From the IMG/VR virus record IMGVR_UViG_3300042546_000459: 64,000 nt of DNA; one strand, written 5' to 3'. This DNA comes from an uncultured virus (IMG/VR IMGVR_UViG_3300042546_000459) (lineage: Duplodnaviria > Heunggongvirae > Uroviricota > Caudoviricetes). The translations under genes were made by a program, and so were the position numbers. This document shows positions 18,581-28,012 of this stretch, in pieces. Position 1 is the first letter of the stretch. Each line of letters begins with the position of its first letter. The notes beneath the pieces were generated by a model, which did no database searches, was not told where the DNA came from, and saw only the letters and a list, made by a program, of their open reading frames with translations.

Positions 18581-21500
18581 ATGGCTGATTTTAGATTAGG
18601 GAGACTAAAATTCAACTGGAGAGGCGAGTGGGCACCCAGTACTGCTTATGTTATTGACGACATTGTAAAATTTGGTGCAAATACTTATGTTTGTACTACA
18701 AACCATACTTCTTCTTCTTCAGAACAAGTATGGTATTCTGTAGACGTATCAAATTGGTCTTTACATACTGAAGGAGTACGAAATGTTGGTACTTATACTC
18801 CAGGGACTTTTTATAAAATTAACGATGTAGTTCTTGATGGTAATACACAGCGTAGAGTTACCTCAGGAATTGCTACTAATGCTGGTATTGGAAGTACAAA
18901 TACTACATTATATGTTTCTGGATTTAACGGTGAGGGAACTTATGACCCAGGCGAGATTTACCAAAGTGGAGATGTTGTAGTATTTAATGGTATTAGCTAC
19001 GTAGCTATTACTACTACAACTGCTGGAGTCGTACCTCCTGTTGAATTGGGAACAAAATGGAATGTTCTTGCTGATGGTATTAATGCTGCTGGAATTACTA
19101 CCTATCAAGGAAATTCAATTTATTATAAAGGAGATTTAGTAAGACTTGGTGGAAATACATATAGACTTAACGCGACTACTGCACAATATGTTAATCCTGC
19201 AATTGGTTCTACCATTGGAATTGGATCTACTGTTGTTGGTGTTGCAGTAACTGCTTGGGATTTATTTAATACTGGATTAAGATACGCTGGAACATATTCA
19301 TCAACTACTCAATATTTTGCAAATGACGTTGTAGAATATTCTTCATCTGCATATGTTGGTATAGGTTCAACTTCATTCCAAGGAATTGTTCCTGGAACAA
19401 ATGCTGCTATTTGGGGTGCCTTGGCAATTGGAGATTCCAATGCCCTACTAACCACAAAAGGTGATATTTTAATTAGAGATTCTTCTGCCCCATCTAGACT
19501 TGGAATTTCTACAATTCCTTATAAGTCTCTTGGTGTAAGTACATCGGGTGTTCCACAATGGATGACCATTGGTGATTCTACTCGTATTTACTACGTTGAT
19601 CCAGAACTTGGTTCTGATACTTATAATGGTAGTACACCTGATATGGCATTCAGAACTCTGAAGTATGCCTGTGATAATGCTAGTGCTGTAACATCTATCA
19701 CAAACTTTGTATATGATCCATTAACTGGTATCTCTACAATTACTGCTCCTTCGCACGGAATTCTATATCCAAATATTACCATTAGACTTGAGGATATTGA
19801 ATTTGAATGTCTGAGTGGTGGTAGAAGTTATAACGTTACTGGATTTACTTATGATAGAACATCTGGTATTGGTACTGTAACTGTTGGAACTGGAGCAACA
19901 GGAATTTCTCCTGGTACAGTAGTTAGACTTAAAGACTTAGAATTTACTTGTCCTGGTGGATCTGGAATTACAACTACAATATTCCCAGATGGTACAAGAG
20001 CTCAAGGACCTAATTTCACAGTAACTTCTGTTAATAGTTCAACATCATTTGCAGTAAACGTTGGTGTTTCTACAATCAACCACATTTATGTAAGTGGTGG
20101 TAATGCATTTGTTGGATTTGATACCACAGTATTCCCAAGAAATGTAGTTGAATCTTATTTTACAGTAAGTGAAATTGTAGATAATAATACTATTAAAGTT
20201 AATGCTGGACTATCTACAATTTATCACAATTATGTAAGTGGTGGTCACGTAATTAACCTTTCACCTGCAGTTGTTAAGTTATCTGCATCTGAATTTGCTG
20301 AGCAACTTCCAATTACTGTTCCAGCATTTACAAGCATCGTTGGATCTACTCTTAGAGCGTCTAAGATTCGTCCTGCTGCTGGTTTATCAACTGATGGTAC
20401 TACTCCAAATAATCGCCAGACAATGTTTAGATTGTCTGATGCAACAACAATTCAAGGTCTGAATGTATCTGGTCTTGTTGGATTTAATTATGACGTTAAC
20501 CGTCCTTATGAATTAGAAGCAAGTACAGTTAGAACTGGTGTTGGAACAACTGCTTGTGGTGTTTACTTTGCATTCAATCCAAGTTCACCAATTTTAAATA
20601 AATCACCTTACGTTAAGGATTGTACTTCATTTGGTGATCCAGATCCTAATGGTTATGGTGGTGCTGGCGTCGGTGTATTCATTGATGGAGGAGTGCATAA
20701 TGAAGGTGCCAAGACAATGGTATTCGATGCATATACCAATGTTCTGAGTGATGGTGCTGGATTCATTCTTGATAGGGATGCTGGTGCAGAAATTGTATCT
20801 TGCTTTACCTATTATTGTAGATGGGGTTACTATTCTGGTGGTGGATCTAGAATTCGTTCTGTCGCTGGTAACAACTCTTATGGTGATTATGGTGTTGTCT
20901 CTTCTGGATTCTCTACATCAGAAACTCCAAGAACTGGTAGAGTCTTTGGTGATAGAGCAGATACCGTTGTTGGAACTATAAGTGGAACTATCGGCGTCGG
21001 TATGACAATGATTGGTGAAACCTCTGGTGCAAGAGCAACCTTCATTAATGATCAAACCAGTGCAGATAGAATTTACTTCAAGTATTGGCCTGGTTATGGT
21101 GCTACAGGTATTGGTACAACATCATTTGTCAATGGTGAGTGGGTAACATTTATTGGAGCTGGTACAACTGGTGCTCTTAGAATCGCTACTGCTGCTGGTT
21201 CAGTATCTGGACAAAAGGGTGTTATTATTGAACTTGATGAAGTTGATGGTAATAATTTACCATTAGTTGGTGATGCTATCGGATTTACTACAACTGGAAT
21301 TGGTAGTGATAGAACGGGTGGGGAAGTAAGATACTATATTATTAATAATGTAACTGGATTTACTTCATCGTATACTCAGTACCGTGGTTCTAGTGGATTA
21401 TCTTCAGTAACTTATAACAATAGAGTTACCATTACAATTTCTCCTGAAAAAGGTGGTGCTACTCCTGATACAAGATCTACTTATCTATCTGGTGTTGGTA

Positions 21501-22369
21501 CTGCTTCTGGTGGTTCATTCGTAGACATTAGAACTAAGTTCTCTAATGCTCGTTTAACTGGTCACGACTTCTTATCTGTTGGTACTGGAAACAAAGCTGA
21601 AACAAATTATCCTAACGTTGACGAATCAACTGTTCAACAGGGTAATGAGACAAATACATTTGGTCCAGGTAAAGTATTCTATGTATCTACTGACCAAGGT
21701 GGTAACTTCCGTGTAGGTGATCTCTTCTCGGTTAACCAGTTAACTGGTGCTGCAACTCTTGATGCTTCTGCATTCAACCTGTCTGGTCTTACAGAATTGA
21801 GACTCGGTTCTCTTGGTGGTCAGATTGGTGAAGCAATTAATGAATTCTCATCTGATGAGACAATGAGTGGTAATTCCAATACTGCTTGTCCTACTGAGTA
21901 TGCAGTTCGTGGATATCTTACCAGAGATAAGATGGGTAGTGAGGCTATGGTTCCTCCTACAGGAACTACTGCTGAAAGACCTGGTGTTGGCAACTTAATT
22001 GAAGGTCAATTCCGTTACAACACTGATCTTAAAACTCCAGAATATTATGATGGAACTCAATGGATTCCTGCTGGAAGATGGTTAACTGTGGATGTATCTA
22101 CAAATACTACTGCGTCATCTTGGAGAACTTACTTCTGCAATACAAGTGGTGGTGCATTTACTTTAACACTTCCTGCTTCTCCAGTTAAGGGTGATGCAAT
22201 TAGGGTATTTGACGTTAATAATACCTTTGATACTAATAACTTAACAATTGGTAGAAATGGAAAACCAATCGGTGGACTTGCTGAAAACATGACAGTAACT
22301 TCTGAAGGTGCGTCATTTGAATTAGTATTCTTTGATAATACACAAGGTTGGAGAATCTTTACTGTTTAA
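18581..22369 (+). CDS. Large tail fibre/baseplate-associated protein
   Basis: 1262 aa; N-terminal W.PSTAY..DD.V repeats, YYVDP..GSD.Y.G.TP..AF.T beta-helix entry, C-terminal NTSGGAFTLTLPASP module. Confidence 0.7.
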   Translation: MADFRLGRLKFNWRGEWAPSTAYVIDDIVKFGANTYVCTTNHTSSSSEQVWYSVDVSNWSLHTEGVRNVGTYTPGTFYKINDVVLDGNTQRRVTSGIATNAGIGSTNTTLYVSGFNGEGTYDPGEIYQSGDVVVFNGISYVAITTTTAGVVPPVELGTKWNVLADGINAAGITTYQGNSIYYKGDLVRLGGNTYRLNATTAQYVNPAIGSTIGIGSTVVGVAVTAWDLFNTGLRYAGTYSSTTQYFANDVVEYSSSAYVGIGSTSFQGIVPGTNAAIWGALAIGDSNALLTTKGDILIRDSSAPSRLGISTIPYKSLGVSTSGVPQWMTIGDSTRIYYVDPELGSDTYNGSTPDMAFRTLKYACDNASAVTSITNFVYDPLTGISTITAPSHGILYPNITIRLEDIEFECLSGGRSYNVTGFTYDRTSGIGTVTVGTGATGISPGTVVRLKDLEFTCPGGSGITTTIFPDGTRAQGPNFTVTSVNSSTSFAVNVGVSTINHIYVSGGNAFVGFDTTVFPRNVVESYFTVSEIVDNNTIKVNAGLSTIYHNYVSGGHVINLSPAVVKLSASEFAEQLPITVPAFTSIVGSTLRASKIRPAAGLSTDGTTPNNRQTMFRLSDATTIQGLNVSGLVGFNYDVNRPYELEASTVRTGVGTTACGVYFAFNPSSPILNKSPYVKDCTSFGDPDPNGYGGAGVGVFIDGGVHNEGAKTMVFDAYTNVLSDGAGFILDRDAGAEIVSCFTYYCRWGYYSGGGSRIRSVAGNNSYGDYGVVSSGFSTSETPRTGRVFGDRADTVVGTISGTIGVGMTMIGETSGARATFINDQTSADRIYFKYWPGYGATGIGTTSFVNGEWVTFIGAGTTGALRIATAAGSVSGQKGVIIELDEVDGNNLPLVGDAIGFTTTGIGSDRTGGEVRYYIINNVTGFTSSYTQYRGSSGLSSVTYNNRVTITISPEKGGATPDTRSTYLSGVGTASGGSFVDIRTKFSNARLTGHDFLSVGTGNKAETNYPNVDESTVQQGNETNTFGPGKVFYVSTDQGGNFRVGDLFSVNQLTGAATLDASAFNLSGLTELRLGSLGGQIGEAINEFSSDETMSGNSNTACPTEYAVRGYLTRDKMGSEAMVPPTGTTAERPGVGNLIEGQFRYNTDLKTPEYYDGTQWIPAGRWLTVDVSTNTTASSWRTYFCNTSGGAFTLTLPASPVKGDAIRVFDVNNTFDTNNLTIGRNGKPIGGLAENMTVTSEGASFELVFFDNTQGWRIFTV

Positions 22370-22375
22370 TAATAA

Positions 22376-22404
22376 AAGGGAGGAGAATTAAGTTCTCCTC
22401 CTTT
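22376..22404 (+). terminator. Hairpin, probable terminator
   Basis: GGAGGAGAA...TTCTCCTCC inverted repeat followed by TTT. Confidence 0.65.
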
Positions 22405-22435
22405 AGACTAAATAATAGTAATCCAAGTAATAAAA

Positions 22436-23218
22436 ATGGCATCATACTCAAGTTATAAAAAAATTTTAACAGAAAGTATAGTAGCAGGTTCTATTCCAGA
22501 ATCTAAAATTAGTTCTACTGCTCTGAAAAATTACACTGTTCAGTGGATTCGTGGTGGATTAGGTGCAGCATCTGGTGGTTGCTGCTGTCTTTGGACAGTT
22601 CCTTCTGGTGTAAGAAGAGTTACATTTGAACTTTGGGGTGCTGGTGGTAATGGTAGTGGTGCTTGCTCTAATGGTAGGTGTCAACATTGGGCTGGTGCTC
22701 AGGGAGGATACTATAACTCAAGAACAATTTCTGTTACTCCTGGATGGACATATACCGTATGTGCTGGTGGAGTATTTCCTTGTTGTCAATTTGATTGTGT
22801 TGGTTGTACTGGATGTGCTTCATTTATTACTGGATGTAATTTAAGTAACTTTTGTGCTGCTGGTGGTGTTGGTGGATGTGCTAATGCTGATTGGTCAGAA
22901 AAATGTAATTCTGATTGGGGTGCATGTTGTCTAGTACCTGGTGGATGGGGCGGTGATTTTGGAATGGGTAACCATCGTGGAGCATTTACTGGTTCATTTG
23001 CTTGCCATTGCTATCGTCATAAGTTTTGTTCTAGTGGCGGACCATTCTTAGGAAGTCCTGGAGTAGTTGGTGGATTGACTGAATGTTGGATTCGATGCGG
23101 ATGTTGGTCAGTTCCTTATAGTGCTGGTGGGCAGAGTGCTATGACCACTTATTGTGGTAATGCCTGTGGCCAAGGCGGAACGGGCGGTTCTGGTGTTGTT
23201 AAAATTACATATTTTTAA
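22436..23218 (+). CDS. Cys/Gly-rich protein, paralogue 1 (adhesin-like glycine-rich domain)
   Basis: CCCLWTVP, ELWGAGG, GGSGVVKITYF; about 25 Cys in 260 aa. Confidence 0.7.
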   Translation: MASYSSYKKILTESIVAGSIPESKISSTALKNYTVQWIRGGLGAASGGCCCLWTVPSGVRRVTFELWGAGGNGSGACSNGRCQHWAGAQGGYYNSRTISVTPGWTYTVCAGGVFPCCQFDCVGCTGCASFITGCNLSNFCAAGGVGGCANADWSEKCNSDWGACCLVPGGWGGDFGMGNHRGAFTGSFACHCYRHKFCSSGGPFLGSPGVVGGLTECWIRCGCWSVPYSAGGQSAMTTYCGNACGQGGTGGSGVVKITYF

Positions 23219-23230
23219 GGAGCAAAATCA

Positions 23231-24028
23231 ATGGCAACTTATGCAAGTTACAAAAAAGTAGATGCGGTATCTATACCAGAAAGATCCTTAACTAATGATA
23301 ATTTTTCACCAACTACTAGAAAGACTTTTGGTGTAAAATGGTTTTTTGGACCACCAGAAGCTTGTTCTCAAGGTTGTTGCTGTCTCTGGACTGTACCAAC
23401 TAATGTAACTAAACTTTTTATTGAACTTTGGGGTTCTGGTGGAAGTGGACATGGAGCATGTTCTTGCAGTAGATGTCACCACTATAAAGGTGCTGGTGGT
23501 GGACAATACAATTCTAAAATGATTACTACTGTCCCAGGATGTCAATATACAGTTTGTGCTGGTGGAAATGGAAACTGTTGCCGTTTTGAATGTATAGGAT
23601 GCTGTGGATGTGTATCTTATATGAATGGATTTAATTTAAGTAACTTCTGTGCCCTTGGTGGATCTCCTGGATGTGCTAATACCGATTGGACTACTGAATG
23701 TAATTCTGCATGGGAATGTTGTGTTCAAGGTGCCTATAACGGAGGAGATTTTGGATATGAAAATCATGCAGGAACTTTTGGTGGTGTTGAATGGTGGTTT
23801 ACAGTTGGATTCTGCCATTGTCATATTCAAGAAACACAACCAAGGTCTGCACCATTAATTGGAACTACCGTACAACAGTCAATTAATTATTGCTGGATGC
23901 GTTGTGGATGCTGGACTGTTCCTTATGGGCATGGTGGACAAGGTGCAATGACTTCTTATTGTGGTACTAGTTGTTGTGGGCAAGGTGGTATGGGTGGCCC
24001 TGGTCTTGTTAGAATTACATATTTTTAA
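23231..24028 (+). CDS. Cys/Gly-rich protein, paralogue 2
   Basis: Same motifs; about 28 Cys. Confidence 0.7.
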   Translation: MATYASYKKVDAVSIPERSLTNDNFSPTTRKTFGVKWFFGPPEACSQGCCCLWTVPTNVTKLFIELWGSGGSGHGACSCSRCHHYKGAGGGQYNSKMITTVPGCQYTVCAGGNGNCCRFECIGCCGCVSYMNGFNLSNFCALGGSPGCANTDWTTECNSAWECCVQGAYNGGDFGYENHAGTFGGVEWWFTVGFCHCHIQETQPRSAPLIGTTVQQSINYCWMRCGCWTVPYGHGGQGAMTSYCGTSCCGQGGMGGPGLVRITYF

Positions 24029-24040
24029 GGAGTAAATTCA

Positions 24041-24820
24041 ATGGCAACTTATGCAAGTTACAAAAAAGTAGATGGTTCTTCTATCGTTGATGGTAGTATA
24101 AATGAAGATCGTATTTCATTGAGTTCTTTTGCTACATGGTCCGTCCAATGGATTTATGGGCAACCTTGTTTTTGTTCTACTGGTTGCTGCTGTCTTTGGA
24201 CAGTTCCTTCTAATGTAAGAAGAGTCTATTTTGAACTATGGGGTGCTGGTGGAAACGGTCATGGTGCCTGCTCTAACGGAAGATGCCAACATTATGCTGG
24301 TGCAGGCGGCGGATATTATAACGCTAAGATGATAGATACTGTACCAGGATGTCAATATACTATTTGTGCTGCTGGAGTGTTTCCTTGCTTAACTAATGAA
24401 TGTATTGGTTGTCAAGGATGTTCTTCTTATATAACTGGATTTAATTTAAGTAATTTTTGTGCCATTGGTGGTATTGGTGGTTGTGCCAATGGAAGTTGGC
24501 AGGAAGCTTGTTTTTCTGATTTTTCTTGTTGTTTAGGACCAACTTCAAATGGTGGTGATTTTGGAATGGGTAATCATAGAGGTGGATTTCATCTGCACAG
24601 CTCTAACTGCCATTGTCAATGTCGTGGAGAAACACCTACTCCAGCACCTTTTATTGGTACACAAGTACATCAAAGCACTCAAGAATGTTGGATTCGTTGT
24701 GGATGCTGGACTGTTCCTTATGGACATGGGGGCCAAGGTGGAATGACTGCTTATTGTGGTGGTTGTTGTGGGCAAGGTGGAACTGGTGGTCCTGGATTAG
24801 TTAAGATTTCTTTCCTATAA
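24041..24820 (+). CDS. Cys/Gly-rich protein, paralogue 3
   Basis: Same motifs; 5' DNA identical to paralogue 2 (ATGGCAACTTATGCAAGTTACAAAAAAGTAGATG); about 27 Cys. Confidence 0.7.
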   Translation: MATYASYKKVDGSSIVDGSINEDRISLSSFATWSVQWIYGQPCFCSTGCCCLWTVPSNVRRVYFELWGAGGNGHGACSNGRCQHYAGAGGGYYNAKMIDTVPGCQYTICAAGVFPCLTNECIGCQGCSSYITGFNLSNFCAIGGIGGCANGSWQEACFSDFSCCLGPTSNGGDFGMGNHRGGFHLHSSNCHCQCRGETPTPAPFIGTQVHQSTQECWIRCGCWTVPYGHGGQGGMTAYCGGCCGQGGTGGPGLVKISFL

Positions 24821-24823
24821 ATA
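24816..24823 (+). promoter_or_regulatory. T4-type late promoter
   Basis: TATAAATA overlapping the stop of paralogue 3. Confidence 0.7.
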
Positions 24824-24858
24824 TACATATACGGCAAATTTAATTTAAAGATAAGACC

Positions 24859-25551
24859 ATGAAACAAATTTCAGTAGAATTTGATTTACCATTACCAAAT
24901 GAATTTTTAGTAGATCATTCTTTTAGTGAGGGTAAAACTAGAAAATATACTTATCATGGACCAGATAAAATTTATCTTCAAATTGGCGAAGATGGAACTG
25001 AAAAATATGGTCCTTTAACAGAAGATGAAATTGCAGATGGTAGACCAGTTCCTGCCGATGTTGTAGAATGGTTTGAAGTTGACTGTACAACTAATCCTTT
25101 AATTTGCCAATTGAGAGGACCTGTTGTTAATGAACTTCAGGAAGAATATACTGGAGAACAAGTTCATCCAGGGTCTCCAGTTGTAGAAGGATATCCACAG
25201 TATACTTATCAAACTCCATTAATGCCTGGTGATATATATCCCAAAACTGGTGTTAAAGTTGTTGATGGTAAACCAGTCGCTACTCCTTATAATGCAATTG
25301 AAAAACTTCATGATAAAGTAACTAATTTGACTTGGGATGATATTAGAAAGCATAGGGCATTATTATTATCTAATAGTGATGGTCAAATCGCGGAAGATAT
25401 GCCTCAATCAGTTAAAAATGAGTGGATTGAATATCGTCAAAAATTAAGAGACCTTCCTGCAGTTTTAGAAGAATCTGGTGTTGAACCAAATATTGCTTAT
25501 TACATGTTCCCTAATACTCCAGGATCAACTCCACCACCATCACAAGAGTAA
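24859..25551 (+). CDS. Tail fibre assembly chaperone-like protein
   Basis: WDDIRKHRALLLSNSD...W.EYRQKLRDLP C-terminal motif. Confidence 0.75.
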   Translation: MKQISVEFDLPLPNEFLVDHSFSEGKTRKYTYHGPDKIYLQIGEDGTEKYGPLTEDEIADGRPVPADVVEWFEVDCTTNPLICQLRGPVVNELQEEYTGEQVHPGSPVVEGYPQYTYQTPLMPGDIYPKTGVKVVDGKPVATPYNAIEKLHDKVTNLTWDDIRKHRALLLSNSDGQIAEDMPQSVKNEWIEYRQKLRDLPAVLEESGVEPNIAYYMFPNTPGSTPPPSQE

Positions 25552-25560
25552 TAAATTTTT

Positions 25561-26094
25561 ATGAATTATAAATTATTTTATTTTGACTATATTAAAGAAA
25601 ATCAAAAAGAAATAATAAAAGATTTAAAGACATCTCAAGATAATTTAGTTAAATATGGGGTTTTCGATACTACGAAATCCTATATCTACTATAATATCTT
25701 TGGGGTGTCTTCTCCATCTAAACATTTATACGTAATATATAAAAAAATTAGAGATATTGTAAGAGATAAATTTCCAAATGAAATAATTTGGATACAGTCT
25801 TGGTTAAACTATCATGATTATGATGAAGTCCTAGGTTGGCACAATCACTCTTCTAGTTGGCATGGATATGTATCAATAGAACCTCAAGATACAATTACTC
25901 AATTTGAAGATTGGTTTATTGAAAATGAGTGTGGAAATATATATTTTGGTCCAGGGAAACATATTCATAGAGTTGTAAATAAATCAAATTATTCTGGTAA
26001 AAGAATTACAATTGGATTTGATATAATGTTAGAAAGTGATTATACTGGAATGGTTTTACCAACTGAAAATTTTGGAGCAATTCCTTTATTATAA
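25561..26094 (+). CDS. 2OG-Fe(II) oxygenase-like protein
   Basis: SWLN, WHNH, HGYV, HRV, RITIGFD. Confidence 0.65.
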   Translation: MNYKLFYFDYIKENQKEIIKDLKTSQDNLVKYGVFDTTKSYIYYNIFGVSSPSKHLYVIYKKIRDIVRDKFPNEIIWIQSWLNYHDYDEVLGWHNHSSSWHGYVSIEPQDTITQFEDWFIENECGNIYFGPGKHIHRVVNKSNYSGKRITIGFDIMLESDYTGMVLPTENFGAIPLL

Positions 26095-26798
26095 TGTTTG
26101 AAATAAATTCTGAATTAAAAGTAAAAATAGAAAGAGTTCAAGATATATTTTGGACTTCAACTGATAGTGGATTAGTAAGTTTTGATTCTAGTGTAATAAT
26201 AAAAAAACCAATTTTTATTATTGATGATTTTTACAAAAATCCAGATGAAGTTAGAAAATTGGCAAAAGAATCAAAATTGCATACTGATAAAGATATTCTT
26301 GCTGGGGCAATAGGAAGAAGAGTATGGAGAGAAGAACCAGAAATAATGTTTGAAATGGCAAATAAAATGTGCCCTGTATTTGAGCAAATGTGTCAACATG
26401 AAGAATGGCATATTAAGTTTGATAAAATTCATCATTATGAAAAATGGAATTCTATGAGATTTGTTGTTAATGTTACTAATGACAAAGAAATTATTGATTC
26501 TGGTAGAGATTGGGATACAATCTGTCATATTGATGGCCCTTATAATAAATGGGCATCCTTGGTGTATTTAAATACTCCAGACGAATATGGATCTGAAGAT
26601 TCTATTTCTGGAACTGGATTTTATTCTGTGGTTGAACCAGAAAAAAATGGATCAATTAATAAACCAAAGTTGCAATATACATGCTCAATGAAGTATAATA
26701 GGGCAATATTATATGACGCTAATCTGGTTCATGGTGCAATTTTAGAACCAAATATGTACAAAGATTATGATAGAATGACACAAATTATGTTTTTTTGA
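26094..26798 (+). CDS. 2OG-Fe(II) oxygenase-like protein (DUF6445-like)
   Basis: IIDDFYKNPDEVR, HID, LVYLN, GTGFY, YNRAILY...HG, RMTQIMF. Confidence 0.7.
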   Translation: MFEINSELKVKIERVQDIFWTSTDSGLVSFDSSVIIKKPIFIIDDFYKNPDEVRKLAKESKLHTDKDILAGAIGRRVWREEPEIMFEMANKMCPVFEQMCQHEEWHIKFDKIHHYEKWNSMRFVVNVTNDKEIIDSGRDWDTICHIDGPYNKWASLVYLNTPDEYGSEDSISGTGFYSVVEPEKNGSINKPKLQYTCSMKYNRAILYDANLVHGAILEPNMYKDYDRMTQIMFF

Positions 26799-26866
26799 TT
26801 GGTCTAAATAATTCAAATTAAGCTATTAAAATAGCAAATATTAGTTAATACTGGGGTTGAACACAA

Positions 26867-28003
26867 ATGAGATCAAAAGCATTTTTTATTAATGGTGGAG
26901 CTGGCAGAGTAATATGCTCTATCCCTGCATTTGAAAAATATGCAGAAACTCATGACGATTTTATAATCGTTTGTGAAGGAGGAACAGATTTCTATAAAGG
27001 TCATCCTATTTTACATAATAAAGTATTTGATAGTTGGCATAAAGGATTGTTTGAAAAAGAAATTAAACATAGAGATTGTATAAGTCCAGAACCATATAGA
27101 ATTTGGGAATATTACAATCAAAAATGTAATTTATCTCAAGCATTTGATATGATCATTAACAATCTTGAAGAACCTAGGGAACTTCAAGATCCAAAAATAA
27201 TTTTAAATAAAATGGAACTTTTACAGGGATATAATTCTGTAGAAGAAATAAAGGCAGGAACTGGTAAAGATAAGGTTTTGGTTGTTCAACCATTTGGTAG
27301 AAGTGTAGAACAAGTTGGTAATGATTTTATTGCAGATTCCACTTCACGAAGTTTTTCTCTTAATAATATTGTTGAAATTATTAATGAACTTAAGAAAGAT
27401 TATGCAGTAGTTATTATGAGTGAAATTCATTTTCCTCTTGAGAAAAATGAAGACAAATCTAAATATCGTGTTGCAAGACCTCAAATTACTGATATGAGAC
27501 TTTGGGCAAGTATTATTAATGCTGCCGATCACTTTTTGGGATGTGATAGTATGGGGCAACATATTGCTAAAGCATTTGGTAAAACTGCAACTGTTGTTCT
27601 AGGGTCTACATACCCCGAAAATATTTCTTATCCAAATTCAAAAGATTTTGATATTATTGATGCTGGACTTGATAGAAGAAAATATAGTCCTATTAGAATT
27701 TCAATAGATGAAGAAATTGATAGGTATAATGATGAAGCAATGGAATTAGACACAAAAAAAGTTCAAGAAGTAATTGCTTCCGTTAAAAAAAGAATGGGTA
27801 AATCTGTAGCTTATACTGGTGATTGGGTGCAAACTTCTTCACAACAATCAACATGTTGCCCCAAACCCCAAGATAAAATGGCAATATCCCCTGATATGAA
27901 AATGCCATCAAATCCAGTGTTAATGCCAAAAGAAAATAAAGGTTTTAGTGGAAAAGAATCTTTAGATAAAGAAATTAATAATATTTTAAAAAAACTTAAG
28001 TGA
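26867..28003 (+). CDS. Glycosyltransferase family 9 (heptosyltransferase-like)
   Basis: GGAGRVICSIP N-terminal motif; ADHFLGCDSMGQHIAKAFGKTATVVLGST matches the GT9 DS...H.A.A motif. Confidence 0.7.
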   Translation: MRSKAFFINGGAGRVICSIPAFEKYAETHDDFIIVCEGGTDFYKGHPILHNKVFDSWHKGLFEKEIKHRDCISPEPYRIWEYYNQKCNLSQAFDMIINNLEEPRELQDPKIILNKMELLQGYNSVEEIKAGTGKDKVLVVQPFGRSVEQVGNDFIADSTSRSFSLNNIVEIINELKKDYAVVIMSEIHFPLEKNEDKSKYRVARPQITDMRLWASIINAADHFLGCDSMGQHIAKAFGKTATVVLGSTYPENISYPNSKDFDIIDAGLDRRKYSPIRISIDEEIDRYNDEAMELDTKKVQEVIASVKKRMGKSVAYTGDWVQTSSQQSTCCPKPQDKMAISPDMKMPSNPVLMPKENKGFSGKESLDKEINNILKKLK

Positions 28004-28012
28004 GGTAATTAA

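Noticed and set aside
22436..24820. Cys-rich proteins as RiPP precursors
   Set aside because: They are about 260 aa with a fibre chaperone next door; no leader peptidase, YcaO, LanM or radical SAM gene in the window
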